The notes: generated from the sequence alone by a model not told the origin. DNA of 63,892 nt, filler included, from Olpidium bornovanus S191 (GCA_017911155.1; 33 parts of 33 records of this genome joined end to end with filler, not necessarily neighbours in it); one strand, 5' to 3'; counted from the first letter of the whole stretch, positions 47,067-61,312 are shown. Numbers and translations are program-made.

Positions 47067-49264
47067 CATGCCCCCGGTGGGCCCGAAGCCGGCTACCCCT
47101 GCCTCCTCGTCGATCCTGCCAGAACACGGGCACCGGAAGAGGCAACAATTTGGCGCTCCGGGCAAGAAGCTGGTTCGACGGATGTCGGGTTGACGAGGGC
47201 GCGTATAACTGAATGACAAAAGGCGGGAAAGGTACGTCCTGTCGCTTGGACCCCGTCTGCTCGTTGCTGCGACACTAGCGGAGCTCGGGGTTGAGCGGCT
47301 GGTTGCGCAAATGCACACCGCAGAGATCCGCGCTGTGATCCAGCAGTTCGTAACGACAGAGGGCTGGTTCGAACGGCGCGACGTGACCGACTATCTTCGA
47401 TGGTTCTACGTGGCTGTCAAATCACACCGGCTTGGTGGCGCCGAAACAGCCGCGCAGTTCAAACTACTGGTCCACGAAGACTTCGAAGTGCAGGTGCGCG
47501 AGCTCACCGCCGGAAAGACCTGGACGGAAGCCAAGACCGACCTGCGGGAAGCCTTTCGGCGCTTCGACGAAACCAGAGTCACGGTCGAACGGTTCGTCAC
47601 GTGAATCGACCGGCGGAAGAAGCACGAGGATTCTGTAACATCCTCCGAGGTTTCAATCAATGCCTCCGGTACTTTGATACGACTAAAAAGACGTATATCG
47701 CTGACAAAACCGCCTGGCTTTTTGCGTGCCCCTACTGGCGACCGTGTGGCGACAGGCTGCGAAGGCGCTGCGCGACGAGGACACGCTGACCACTAACTGG
47801 GTGCGTGTCTCCGGAACGATTCGAAACCTCGCGCGCGTAAGCCGCGTGGTGCGTAAGGTCGAGGAGGCCCTGCGGCCAGCCCTGGAGGCCACTGTCGCTA
47901 TAGCAACCGCTGCTGGCGCATCGAAGCAAAGCACGCCGCGACAAGAACCGAAGAAGACAGACATTGATCTGTGAGACCGACTCGAACGGCTGTCTGAATT
48001 TCATTACTGCGCTTGAAAAGATGCAGCAACTGATCTCGTCGTCGGCACCGACGACTCTGCGCCGATGGGAGCCCGCGCCAGTGGGCACACCGGTCACGCC
48101 GCGTCAACCACGCATATGTATGTGGTACGACGCGGATGGACACCTGCGCAGCGAATGAAAGGATCACGGGGAAGCACGGATCGAAAACCACGCTGGTCTG
48201 CTGCATGGATGCGCGGCCGTTTCAGGTGATTCGCCCCAGGAGCGGGGGGATGAAAGCCGTGTTTTTGAGGAGTGTGCGCAACTGGTCACAGTTGGGCATA
48301 GCAATGCAACCTAGCCGCACGGGCCGAGCGTCAATGTGCGCGTGCAAACCGTGGCGGTCGACGAGAAGCGTTTACGGCCGGCAGACGGCGCGACTGAAGG
48401 GAAGGACAAGAGAGCACGGATACAGGAAATCGACACCGCGACGCTCGCAACCCGGGCACATGTCTACGAGCGGAGCAAGCCGTCAAAACCGCAGGCGGCT
48501 CTGCAGGACACATTGATACGCGTTGTGCCGATGGAACTTGAAGAGGAGACGATCAGGGGACGCCACACCAGAAGCCTGCGGCGCCGAAGGGGAAGGCGAA
48601 GGGGCCGAACACGGGGCCCAAGTCAACATGCAAGATCCAGACGCCCGTGCGGAAAGGCGACCCGGCGTAGATGGCAGTGGACGCAGTGCTGGGCGCCACA
48701 CCACAATAGATATCGCCACGCTGTTCAATGTGGTGCCAATGTCGACGCTACGAGTAGTTAATCAGCAGCTGCGGACAAGGCGCGTGGCTGTTCAAGCCGC
48801 GCGAGCCGATACGGGGGACGTCCTGGATAAATTAGGATAGATCGGATTATGGATTAGCGCGAACCACAGATAGCCGACGGACACGGCGCTGTGCGCGTGG
48901 ATGCAATGCGGGTGCCTGAGCCGGAGAACCCGTCACGCCTTGAAGCGGGTATCTGGGCGTGAAGCTGCCCCCGTGTCGACATCACGGTGCCGGGGCTTAG
49001 CCGGACGGTAAAGGCTCTAATCGATTTTGGGAGCGAGATTACCGTCGCCGACGCCCAACCGGCCGCCGAAGCGAAGTGGCTATATGATCCGCGACCGAAT
49101 TGGCAGATGTGCATGGCGTACGACAAATCATACCTCTGCAGCGCATGCCCGAACGTTCGGCTTGGCGTAGGAGACCTGTCGACGACTGTGAACGTTTTCA
49201 TTCAGGACGGTCTGGAGTACCCGCTGTAGAGGAAAAACCGTTTTCCCTTTTTACGGCAGTAAGA
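47067..49264 (+). mobile_element. Degenerate Ty3/gypsy-like LTR retrotransposon 5' part: LTR end, PBS, gag, zinc knuckle and aspartic protease
   Basis: ..GGCAACA (ends 47147), ATT, then PBS TGGCGCTCCGGGCAAG (47151). Gag-like AEIRAVIQQF..FERRDVTDYLRWF..WTEAKTDLREAF. Decayed CCHC motif CMWYDADGHLRSE-stop at about 48117-48158. Retropepsin-like VKALIDFGSEI at about 49005. Multiple stops and frameshifts. Confidence 0.82.
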
Positions 49265-49364
49265 NNNNNNNNNNNNNNNNNNNNNNNNNNNNNNNNNNNN
49301 NNNNNNNNTTAATTAATTAANNNNNNNNNNNNNNNNNNNNNNNNNNNNNNNNNNNNNNNNNNNN

Positions 49365-49951
49365 TACTTGAACAGTGCGCCCTCCCGAGTGAACTGCACG
49401 ACGGCAGCCCTTACTTCGGCGGACCGCATCTGCTTCGCTAATACCCGCACGTCCTCCATCTTCCCCTGTGAGCGCGTTTGCACCTCCCTCGCCCCGCCGA
49501 CTCCTGCCCGGGAGCGCCAGTTGTCGAGAGTACAAGCCCCTCTCGGTAGGGATGGCAGGGGAGACGGGATGGCGGGGGCCCTTGCTGCGTGGTGGTGCTT
49601 CCGCGGCGGGGCGGTTCTTCCCCGAGGGAGTAAGAGGAGGTACACGACACTTGGCGCGGAACCGCACTTGCCTTCGACGACCTCTTCGAACGTTCCGTCG
49701 ACGCGCACCGAACTGACCTCAAAGAAGCCGAGCACCGTCGTTTCGTCCCGGCCCAAGGTGCGCGCCGACAGTCCGTCGTGGCCTGCCGCGGTTACAAGGC
49801 GTCCGGGGAAAAAAAACCAGGGACCGATCTTCTCTCTCGTTTATTATTATTTTCGTCGGTGGTAAGTCGCTATACTACGTGCGATCAACGGTATTTTCGA
49901 TGCGCAACACGCGCACGTGACTAAAAAGGGGGCACCGGTATTTCTCCGACA
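49365..49951 (-). mobile_element. Gypsy-like element 5' end: complete 430-bp 5' LTR, PBS and gag start
   Basis: LTR TGTCGGAG (49951) ... CTCTCGACA (49522), then AC, then PBS TGGCGCTCCCGGGCAGG (49519-49503). Gag start MEDVRVLAKQMRSAEVRAAVVQF resembles the gag at 47311. The LTR is near-identical to 56817-57279. Confidence 0.88.
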
Positions 49952-50597
49952 GCGGCGGGTGCGGCGCCGCGGGGGCCGAGCAGCGGAAAACGACGGGAAA
50001 GGGGTGTCTCGTAGACGACGCAAAAACGGGCGTCGTTTCAGCGACCAAAACAAATGAACGCAAGAGCGAAAAGCGAGTGCTGCGGCGAAACGATGGCAGA
50101 GCGACGCAGAAAATATTCTGCGAAAAACAGCCAAACGCAGCGGCGCAGAAAGCAAAGGCGCGCGGCGTCGAACGCGAGGCGCGCGGCGTCGAACGCGAGG
50201 AACGACGACGCGGTTTGCGTTGGTCAAAAAGAAGAGCAGTCGAAGGACGGTTCTTCCTCGGATGGCGCGGCGGAAGGCGGCGCAACGGGAGCCGAGCGCG
50301 GGCGCGGCGAAGGCGGAGCGCGGGCGCGGCAGGAGGCGGAGGGCGGGGGCGGCGGAGGCGGAGCGAAGCAGCTGGTCGAAGGACGGGTCTTCCTCGGATT
50401 CCCCACTTTGTAGTGGGATGTCGAAGTCGGAGTCTAATCGAGTGTGCCCGAGGGGCCGACCGGCTATATTCGTACAGGTCATGTGCACGTCGACGTCGAG
50501 GGGCGAACACTGCAATTGATTCCCAAACCTGTTCGTCGAAGCCTTTATGTACCCCCGGCTGGAACTGCGGTGCAATGTCCGTGTCCACCAAGCGGAG

Positions 50598-50870
50598 CGG
50601 TTATATGGCAACTTTGAACCACCGTAGGTACTCCGTGACATTACGCCGATCGGAACGTCCTTCCACAGCAATAAACGACTGTATTGCACCACGAATCTTC
50701 GAGGTGCGGATCTGGATAACCAGCTGGCGAACCCCGAGGTCTCCCACCGCATGGACAGCGTCCACCCTCAGTCTCACCGTCATCAATCATCGCCTCCAAG
50801 CACAGACTACCCTCGTTACCTTCTGGTCTTACCCGTAGTCCTGCTCGGGAGCGCCAAGTTGTTGAGGTCA
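50598..50870 (-). mobile_element. Another gypsy-like 5' end: LTR terminus, PBS and gag fragment
   Basis: ..CCTCAACA (ends 50860), ACT, then TGGCGCTCCCGAGCAGG (50856-50840). Gag fragment QIRTSKIRGAIQSF..DRRNVTEYLRWFKVAI-stop is homologous to the gag at 47311. Confidence 0.8.
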
Positions 50871-52203
50871 NNNNNNNNNNNNNNNNNNNNNNNNNNNNNN
50901 NNNNNNNNNNNNNNTTAATTAATTAANNNNNNNNNNNNNNNNNNNNNNNNNNNNNNNNNNNNNNNNNNNNCTCTAGTGTGTATTATTTTTGGGGAGGGGC
51001 TGGGACTTTGCGTACTTGGTGGGCGGGATAAGCTCCACCGTTTCCCCCCCATCAACGTGCACGTCGACCGCTCTCTCGCCGGCCTCATCGGGCCCCCCCC
51101 CTCGCCTGCCCGCCTTAATCGTCCCGCCCAACCGTTTCCGCCGACATTGGTACCACAGCGCGCCGATATCACCGCGGAGTTTCCGAGAGGCGTCACGCGT
51201 CGACGCGGGCTTGCTATCCACAGGGAACTGGGTGTTCCACGCATAATAAACTTTCCGTCTCCGTCGCAACCGCTGGCGTGAGGGCTGCGAGTTCGGCGCT
51301 CGCAAGAGGCAAATTTTTGGGGAGAAGGAAAGCAGGCACGGAACAAGACGACGCGTCATAGTGGGCTTCTGTTAACAGAGCATCAGCAGCGGACGGCGAG
51401 AATGTGTTCGTGTGACTATACAGAGCCGAAATGCAATCAACAGCACGCTGCCATGCTGAAAACGTCGGCGGCCGCTCGCCATGCGGGCGTGGTGACCCGC
51501 GGTGTCGAGGCGCGGCGCATTTCGCCGTTGCCACAGAGCGCAGCGCGCTCGTCTCCGGTGGCACCAAGGAGGGGCGGCATCACGGAGAACGTTATAACAA
51601 TCGTGAGGCCGGTGTCGGGCTCGAAGCGCCTCGGGGATCCTCTCGACGTCGAGGGGAACGGGGCAGAGGGCGTTCGAAGGGACAGGGGATGGGATGACAG
51701 GTAGCAGTGCCGCGCCGGCAGGGGGCCCGTGCTCTCGGAGGGGGTTGCGAAGAAGAGGAAGGCGAGACGGAGGGGAGGCAGAGTGCTCCCGCAGAGACGC
51801 AGAAGACGATCGCCAAGTCGACGCGCAAACGGACGCTCCTGCTCCCGGCCTGACGGCGCAGTGAGCGCTCGAAACTTAGCTTTCCCTGGCTTCAACGCGT
51901 GCTAGCAGCCCGACGGCAATCTCGGCTTTCACCCCGTTCTTCCCTTTTTATTTTCGACGTTGGGGTTCGGGGTTTTATGCGCATGCTTTCCTCACCCGTC
52001 GAGTGACACAAAGTATAAGCTTCATCGATCGCGCAAGCAAAAATGCTGTCATTTTCAAATTCCACCCAAAGTTTGTCGCGCGACGTCTAACTTGCTTTGA
52101 AANNNNNNNNNNNNNNNNNNNNNNNNNNNNNNNNNNNNNNNNNNNNTTAATTAATTAANNNNNNNNNNNNNNNNNNNNNNNNNNNNNNNNNNNNNNNNNN
52201 NNC

Positions 52204-52328
52204 CCGACGTACGGGTACGCGCGGATGTACTCGGGAGTGAACACCGCCTCCTTCCAGAAACACATCACGGCGCAGAGGTTGACTCGGGACGGCCTGGACG
52301 CAATCGCCGAGGCCGTCATGCAAACGTT
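52204..52328 (+). CDS. HIS4: Histidinol dehydrogenase C-terminal fragment (His4-type)
   Basis: PTYGYARMYSGVNTASFQKHITAQRLTRDGLDAIAEAVM matches the His4 HDH C-terminal motif. The expected terminal EGLxAH segment was not found. Confidence 0.85.
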
Positions 52329-52533
52329 GCGCGGCCGAACGCAGGGGAAGGGCGCGTGGGGAAGGGAGGGGGGGGGGGAGAAAAACGCGGCCGCGAAAGA
52401 ATCTCGCGAGAGCGAAAAAAAAAGTCACAGGTCGCGAAGGGGGGCGGGGGAGGGGATGGGAGAGCGTTTCCCAGCTGCGCGCGCGCGTCACGGAGGGCCG
52501 CCCGCGTTTGGAAGGGGGGGGGGGTAGAGGTAT

Positions 52534-53051
52534 TCACGTGAAGGCCCAGAGTTCAATTACGTGCACCTGCTGGTCGACGCCATCGGTGCCGGGCCCGCCC
52601 AGCGGCGCGTTGTCGAACGTGGCGCACCTCGTGCTCGTCGCCTCCGTCAGGTCCCCGTTCAGCCAGAGGCCGTACCCGGCGCTTTTGCGAGGGGGAAGAA
52701 GCGGGGCGAGCGAAGGCGGCGGCGGGGGAAGGACGAGGGGAGGCGATGGATTTTTGGTTTGTTTTCAGCGCCAAGGGCAGGCCCGTTCTCGGGGTAATTT
52801 GCGGGGTCTGACAACAGGGCGCGGGGGGCCGCAGCCCGGCGCGGACCGCACGCACGCACCGAACACTCACCGGCCGCCGCCCACGGCAAGCTCCGACCGC
52901 CCGCAGTAGACGAAAAACGAGGCGGCGTCCCGGATCTTTTCCGCTTCGCTGCCGGGGGCCGCCGACACCGAGCCGGCTTCCGGGCAGTCGGAGCCAACCC
53001 AGCGGTAACAGGAGACGTTGTCGCGGTTGAGCGAGAACAGGAAAGTCTCGC
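52534..53051 (-). CDS. TLDc-domain protein (Oxr1-like), last two exons
   Basis: Exon about 53051-52871 reads GETFLFSL..YRWVG..LAVGGG. Exon 52681-52534 reads AGYGLWLNGDL..STRCATFDNAPL..IELWAF-TGA. These are TLDc signatures. Confidence 0.88.
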
Positions 53052-53736
53052 CTTGGTGACGAACGCGGCGGTTGTCGTTGGTGTTGTTGGTGCCACGCCA
53101 ACCCCCACCCCGCCCGCCGGAAAAAAAAGAAAAAAAAAAAAAAAACAAAAAAAAAAACAAATTCCAAGGGCCCGCCCCCCCCCCTCCCCGGCCCGTCCAC
53201 GGCTCCGCGTTATCTTACCTGCTCCCCTTCCACAAGAACAAAAAAAAAACGAGCACCACATATTCTTCCGCAAAAAAACAAANNNNNNNNNNNNNNNNNN
53301 NNNNNNNNNNNNNNNNNNNNNNNNNNTTAATTAATTAANNNNNNNNNNNNNNNNNNNNNNNNNNNNNNNNNNNNNNNNNNNNGCGTGCTCGCCTGATCCA
53401 GTCCTCCCGGCGAAGCACGTTTGTTCAGAACACTCATTCAAACGCTCTCCAGATGTCGCCACTGATGCTGCCCGGCACGTGAGAGGCAGGCAAGCCCTTC
53501 ATGGCCATAAACACATCAGGTGTGAAGGGGTGCAGCCGAGGCATTTGGCGAAAGGCGCGTAAACTTTAGCCGACAAACGGGACTGCAATAGCTTTGTGCT
53601 CAAAAAACGCGACAAGACGACACCCCCTCTGCAATCCCGTCAAATAACACCGGAAAAAGAATTGGTGAAATAAGCAAAAGCTGAAAAAAAGTGACCGATT
53701 TCCGCAGCAAATGAACGAAAGTTCAGTGGTTTACTA

Positions 53737-55928
<2,192 letters not shown>

Positions 55929-56447
55929 TGTGGTGGTTGGTGAGGGGAAAAGCGGTTGGGAGACGAGGTTGGGAGGGGCGACGGGGAGGAGAGGGGGGGA
56001 TGTGCGTGCGTGCGTGCGTGCGCGTGTGGTGTGGGGAGGGGAGGAGGGCTGGGTTCCCGTTTCCCGCCCTCTTTTTTTTTTTTTTTTTAATTATTTTGGG
56101 CCCGGGGGCGGGACGGACAGCTGGGAAGTGAGGTAGGGCAAAAATGTGACTTGACTTCAAGCCGGAAGGGGGGAAAAAAAAGGATGANNNNNNNNNNNNN
56201 NNNNNNNNNNNNNNNNNNNNNNNNNNNNNNNTTAATTAATTAANNNNNNNNNNNNNNNNNNNNNNNNNNNNNNNNNNNNNNNNNNNNAAAAAAAAAACGT
56301 AGAATACGAAAGGCCCGTCCAAGGCGTTTCTGAATTAGGCGAGGGAAAGTGGTGCACTTACAAGCGAGTCCCGGGAGACAAATAAAAGAATGTAAGTGGG
56401 TCGAGGTGATGCAAGCGGAATCTGTCGACGCGGGGCCATTCAGGGGC

Positions 56448-56505
<58 letters not shown>

Positions 56506-56789
56506 CGGGGGCGGGGGGCGCGGGGGGGGGGGGGGGGGAAGGGGGGGCAAAATGACACGTCACAGTAGGGCGAAACCTTGTAACAAATTAGACTACACGT
56601 AACCCCGCCCACACACGAACTAGAGCGGTCCTAGGCACTACCAGAACTGCAACAACTCTAAAAAGAAAGGCACGCCAAGGCGAGTCCCTTTTTGGAGAAT
56701 AGAGCAACACGTTTGGAATCCAGTTTAGAGGCGCTGCCGAGGCAAGTGTTGGAATGGCTTAGCAGGGCGAGCCAGACACCTGGGGAATA

Positions 56790-56816
56790 GGGCAGATAGC
56801 TCAGTTGGTAGAGCGT
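56790..56816 (+). tRNA. 5' portion (nt 1-27) of a tRNA gene or tRNA-derived element, truncated by an LTR; isotype undetermined
   Basis: GGGCAGA-TA-GCTC-AGTTGGTA-GAGC-G-T gives the acceptor 5' strand, U8/A9, a perfect 4-bp D stem with an 8-nt D loop containing GG, G26, and a Pol III A box (TAGCTCAGTTGG). No anticodon or T arm follows. Confidence 0.75.
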
Positions 56817-57295
56817 TATCGAGAGTACAAGCCCCTCTCGGTAGGGATGGCAGGGGAGACGGGATGGCGGGGGCCCTTGCTGCGCGGTGGTGCTCTTGCG
56901 GCGGGGCGATTCTTCCCCGAGGGAGTAAGAGGAGGTACACGACACTTGGCGCGGAACCGCACTTGCCTTCGACGACCTCTTCGAACGTTTCGTCGACGCG
57001 CACCGAACTGACCTCAAAGAAGCCGAGCACCGTCGTTTTGTCCTGGTCCAAGGAGAGCGCCGACAGTCCGTCGTGGCCTGCCGCGGTCGCAAGGCGTTCG
57101 GAAAAAAAACCAGGGACCGATCTTCTCTCCTCGTTTGTTTATTATTCTGCTCTCTTTTTTTTGGTGGTCGGGGCGAGGGGGGGGGGTCCTTTTTCGCTAT
57201 TCTCCGTGCGATCAACGGTATTTTCGATGCGCAACACGCACACGTGACTAAAAGGAGGGGCACCGGTATTTCTCCGACAACCCGCCCCCTCTCCT
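56817..57295 (-). mobile_element. Gypsy-like 3' LTR (463 bp) preceded by a polypurine tract
   Basis: Aligns end to end with the LTR at 49522-49951. Begins TGTCGGAG at 57279 and ends CTCTCGATA at 56817. PPT AGGAGAGGGGGCGGG at 57295-57281. The 4-5 bp flanks do not match each other, so it is not a solo LTR. Confidence 0.88.
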
Positions 57296-59450
57296 GACGC
57301 GGCCAACGGCCCGCCAGGAGAAAGAAGAAAGGGAGAGAGAAAAAAAAATGGAAGGAAAGAGAAAAAAAAGGGAAGGAAGGTAGACCCTCTACAAGCGCTA
57401 CNNNNNNNNNNNNNNNNNNNNNNNNNNNNNNNNNNNNNNNNNNNNTTAATTAATTAANNNNNNNNNNNNNNNNNNNNNNNNNNNNNNNNNNNNNNNNNNN
57501 NCCCCCCCCCCGTTGCAGAGAATATTTGATTCCCGAACTGTTAGGTTTGGTCCTTTACCAAATTCTCACGAATTTTGGCTCAAAAATCGTCACAGAAAAT
57601 CCCACATAAACGGCGTCACGCTTGTTCTGTTTTGTGACGGGGAAGGGCCCTCGGTTCGGGCCCGCCCCCCGAGCCGGCTTTACAGTCATTTTTGTCTCTA
57701 AAAAGCGCTTCCGTTTTGTTGTGACCCGTTCGATGCGCTATACGGGTCACGAGATCAATGAAGATGCACCTCTGCAGTGGACGGCGGAAGCAGCTCCGCT
57801 CGCCCAGACAGAAGAGAAGAGCCAAATCGTAACGCGTTATCCGCACCATTGTAGTCGTGCCCCGAGCACCTTCCCGCCGCGCTGATCTTCGCGACCGCCT
57901 GCGCGTTCGCGTCTGTCGTCTGCTGAGAAGCTTCGGTTCTGCCGCGTCGACCACCGAGCACCACACCACCGCAGCGCAGCCATTCCTCCGCTGGGCCTCA
58001 CCGCCGCACCTTGCGGCACCTCGCTGCGGGTTGTAAAGCTCGAGCCTCTCGGTGAATTCGCGGACTTCCGTTGCTCGGCACACTCTCGCAAGGATTCAAG
58101 ACCAACATTAGTGAAAAGCCAGACGATTTATTCAAGCAGGCTGGTAGGGGTCGCATCTGCAAGACATAGATTATATGTAATTATTTATTATTATCTTTAT
58201 AATGTTACTGCAAAAGTTAAACCAAAGCAGTCTTGAATAGATTAACATTAAAATCATTGCAATTAAATAAGAGTTTACAACCGAAGATTGAAACAAATAT
58301 GTAAGCACAAAAATGGGTAATCTGCTTGACAAGTGAGTCTGAAAACCGTGTCGGACGCGACCTCGAAAGATCCTAATATGGCGTCAACAATGCTCATCCA
58401 TTTGCCTTGGACATCGGTCGGCATGCCAATCAGGCTCACCAAAGGGAACTCACATATGGAGATAACGTAACGGCAAACAGGTTCTCCCAAGGGAAGTCAC
58501 ATATGGAGATAACTTAAGGGCGCCGAGAGCATGAAGTTTCACCTTTGCACCGGCTTCCTCTGCTGCGACAATCCTTGCAATATGCGGTACTGCGCTCCTG
58601 GCCAACCGCCGCGCTTGCTGTCAAGCCGCGAGCCGTAAGAGTCTATGCGGCCGACACGGCAGCTGCATTTCACGTTGATCTCCTCGTCGTCGGTGATGTC
58701 GACGACGCTGTAGCGTATAATTTTTAACGTCCGAACTTTTGGTCGGAAATGTGAAAAAAAGGTCAAGAGACAGGCGGGGCGGCCTTCACCAGAGCTTACA
58801 GACAGGGCAGTACGTCGAGTTGCCTCTGGCCTGGCTGGGGCAGAACATGCGACCTTTGCGAAGAAAATGATGCCGGCGACGGCTCGGGCGGGGAGCGCGC
58901 AGCTGAGAAAAGCTACTGGCAGGCGGCGTTGTCACGAAAAAGGCGCTTGAACGCGGTGCCCGTAGTAGGCAGATAACTCAGACCATTTCGAAAACCTTTT
59001 GAGGTTGACGTGAGGGTGCGTCGCCTCCTTCGAAAGTGATCCGCGGCGGACGGACGGGGAGGTTTGTGCGGGACTATCCGTTCGGGTCCGCCAGGCGAGC
59101 CCGCCTTGGGAGCAGGAAAAAGACGGCACAATTTTCTGCTTTTTTACCCGCCATCCCCTGCAGCACGGCGACAGTCATCGAAGACCGAAAATCATTGCTA
59201 CCGACCGACTGCGTGGCCACGAACCTTCCCAGCATTCGTTTTGAGGCCTTGACTTGGAAAGGCAAAAAAGGAAAAAACCAAAATAATCAAAAAAAACGAA
59301 AAAAAAAAACGAAAAAAAAAACGAAAAAAAAAACGAAAAAAAAAAACGAANNNNNNNNNNNNNNNNNNNNNNNNNNNNNNNNNNNNNNNNNNNNTTAATT
59401 AATTAANNNNNNNNNNNNNNNNNNNNNNNNNNNNNNNNNNNNNNNNNNNN

Positions 59451-60675
59451 ACATGAGTGTAACGCCACGTCTGCAGGTAGAAGGTCTGATTCTGCGGGTT
59501 GTAGTGTTCGCCGATCAGGAGCAGGAATTTGTGAAGCTGAGCTTTGTTCAGGCCGAGTTGGCTGATTTTGACCTCCAGCTTGACATTTCGAGCGCGCTGG
59601 CTGCTCCGGTCGGTAGGATTGTAGTGCGTGCTGAACTTGAGGAAGTGCCTTTCGGTCGGAGGCACGAATTCTTTTTGGAACTCTGTGGTCGTGCAAGGGG
59701 CATGCAGCAGCAAGGTAGATTGGTTTTTCAGCATCCAACACACTCCAGAACGTCGTCATGATTGAAAAGCCCCCACAAAACGAATTTCTTTGGGTGTGTT
59801 TAGCCTTCTAGAGTTCCGGCAGTCAGGCAACGCCTTTCGAAAAAGGCATCACGCAGATACACACCGCGGCAGCGTATCCTGCCGTTTCTTTAAAATGCAC
59901 TTCGCACGTCCACAGCCACCGCAGTAGCTCGTGCCCAGCAAGCGCGGTCGACCCGGATGTGGCTGACTGGTAAACCAGCGGCACGCACGCTGCACACACC
60001 TTTGAGCTTTGGCAATTCGTACAGCGACTTCCTCAGATAACGCCTTTCGTTCCAGGCGAATCGCCAAGCATCCCACTGCCTCTTGTTCGGCTCGTCGCCG
60101 TGGTCTTCGACGCCGTCGAAGTCCTGCATCTTCTCAGTCATGCTGTCGTAAACCGGACTGTGCAAGCGTGCAAGCTGTGCCTGTGCCCGACGGCGCGTCT
60201 CCGTGTCCTTGACCTCGCCGAAGTCCAGCCGCTTGCCGTGCTGGATCTTGTGCCATTGCCTGTGGTCGAAGGTCCCCCACTTGAGCTGTTTGTCCGGTCC
60301 GACGTTGTTGTCCTTGGTCGGGTCCCGGAATTGCATGCCCTCGTGCACATCTACGCGCTGCGGCTTCTGATATGCTCTGCGATATCTCGCTCCTGCCGGT
60401 GCACTCGAAGAGATCAAGCGCGCCGCACCGGCCGGACCGAATCCGCCGCGCACTGACGTCCCGCGGCCGCTGGTAGGCCAGGTAGCCCGCGGGCGGCCGT
60501 GGCGGCCGCGGCAATCCTTCGGCCAACACGCCGCGGAGATGACGGGCGTGGCGAGCGCGGTCCTTGTCAACCCGCGGCTCCCGGATACGATTGCTGCTGG
60601 CCGCGGGCAGCCCGCGGACGTCAGCCACGAGGGCGAGAAGCGCGCAGGATGCGCAATGGAAGCAAGGGGCGCCAT
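59451..60675 (-). CDS. RSM24: Mitochondrial small ribosomal subunit protein Rsm24/MRPS35 (3' truncated)
   Basis: Exon 60675-60000 has an Arg/Ala-rich presequence and ..RRYLRKSLYELPKLK. Exon 59682-59451 reads EFVPPT..LKF..RNVKLEVKISQLGLNKAQLHKFLLLIGEHYNP. Confidence 0.85.
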
Positions 60676-61269
60676 GTGAAGGGCGACCCGCACGTTCGGT
60701 TGGGGGGGGTGAAGGGAGGAGAGGCGGCGGGTGGGGAGGAGGGGGAGAAGAGTCGTCCGAGGTGGCAGCGGGCGTGGGGGGACGGGGAGGTGCGCAACCG
60801 CGTCACGTGATCCTGAAACGCGCTCAACCGAAAATGCGCACCAGTCCGGTTCAACAACTTTTCCACGGCGCAGAACCTAGTTTTCACCGGACTTGAACCA
60901 ATAATTATCGATATATTTTATATGTATACCCAAAACATTCACGCGTCCCGTCATGAACCACCAAGTTCTTCGTAATGAGATTGGCGGCCGCTGTTCCCGC
61001 AGCTTGGGAAACGCGGGCGACTGTTCGGGTAGTTGCCGTCGCTGACGCGAACGGGTTAGAGACTGAGTACGTTCGAGGATTCTCGCAAAAGGGGTTCACT
61101 CGCATCATATCGTACACGGAACAAAATTTCCTGCGGGCCACACCTGCGCTTGTAATACATGNNNNNNNNNNNNNNNNNNNNNNNNNNNNNNNNNNNNNNN
61201 NNNNNTTAATTAATTAANNNNNNNNNNNNNNNNNNNNNNNNNNNNNNNNNNNNNNNNNNNNACAAAAAC

Positions 61270-61312
<43 letters not shown>

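Noticed and set aside
57502-59350. Several 60-150 aa ORFs with protein-like composition (also at 28860-29996, 50971-52102 and 61770-62180)
   Set aside because: No family motif was recognised and the competing frames and strands could not be resolved without a homology search. Left unannotated.
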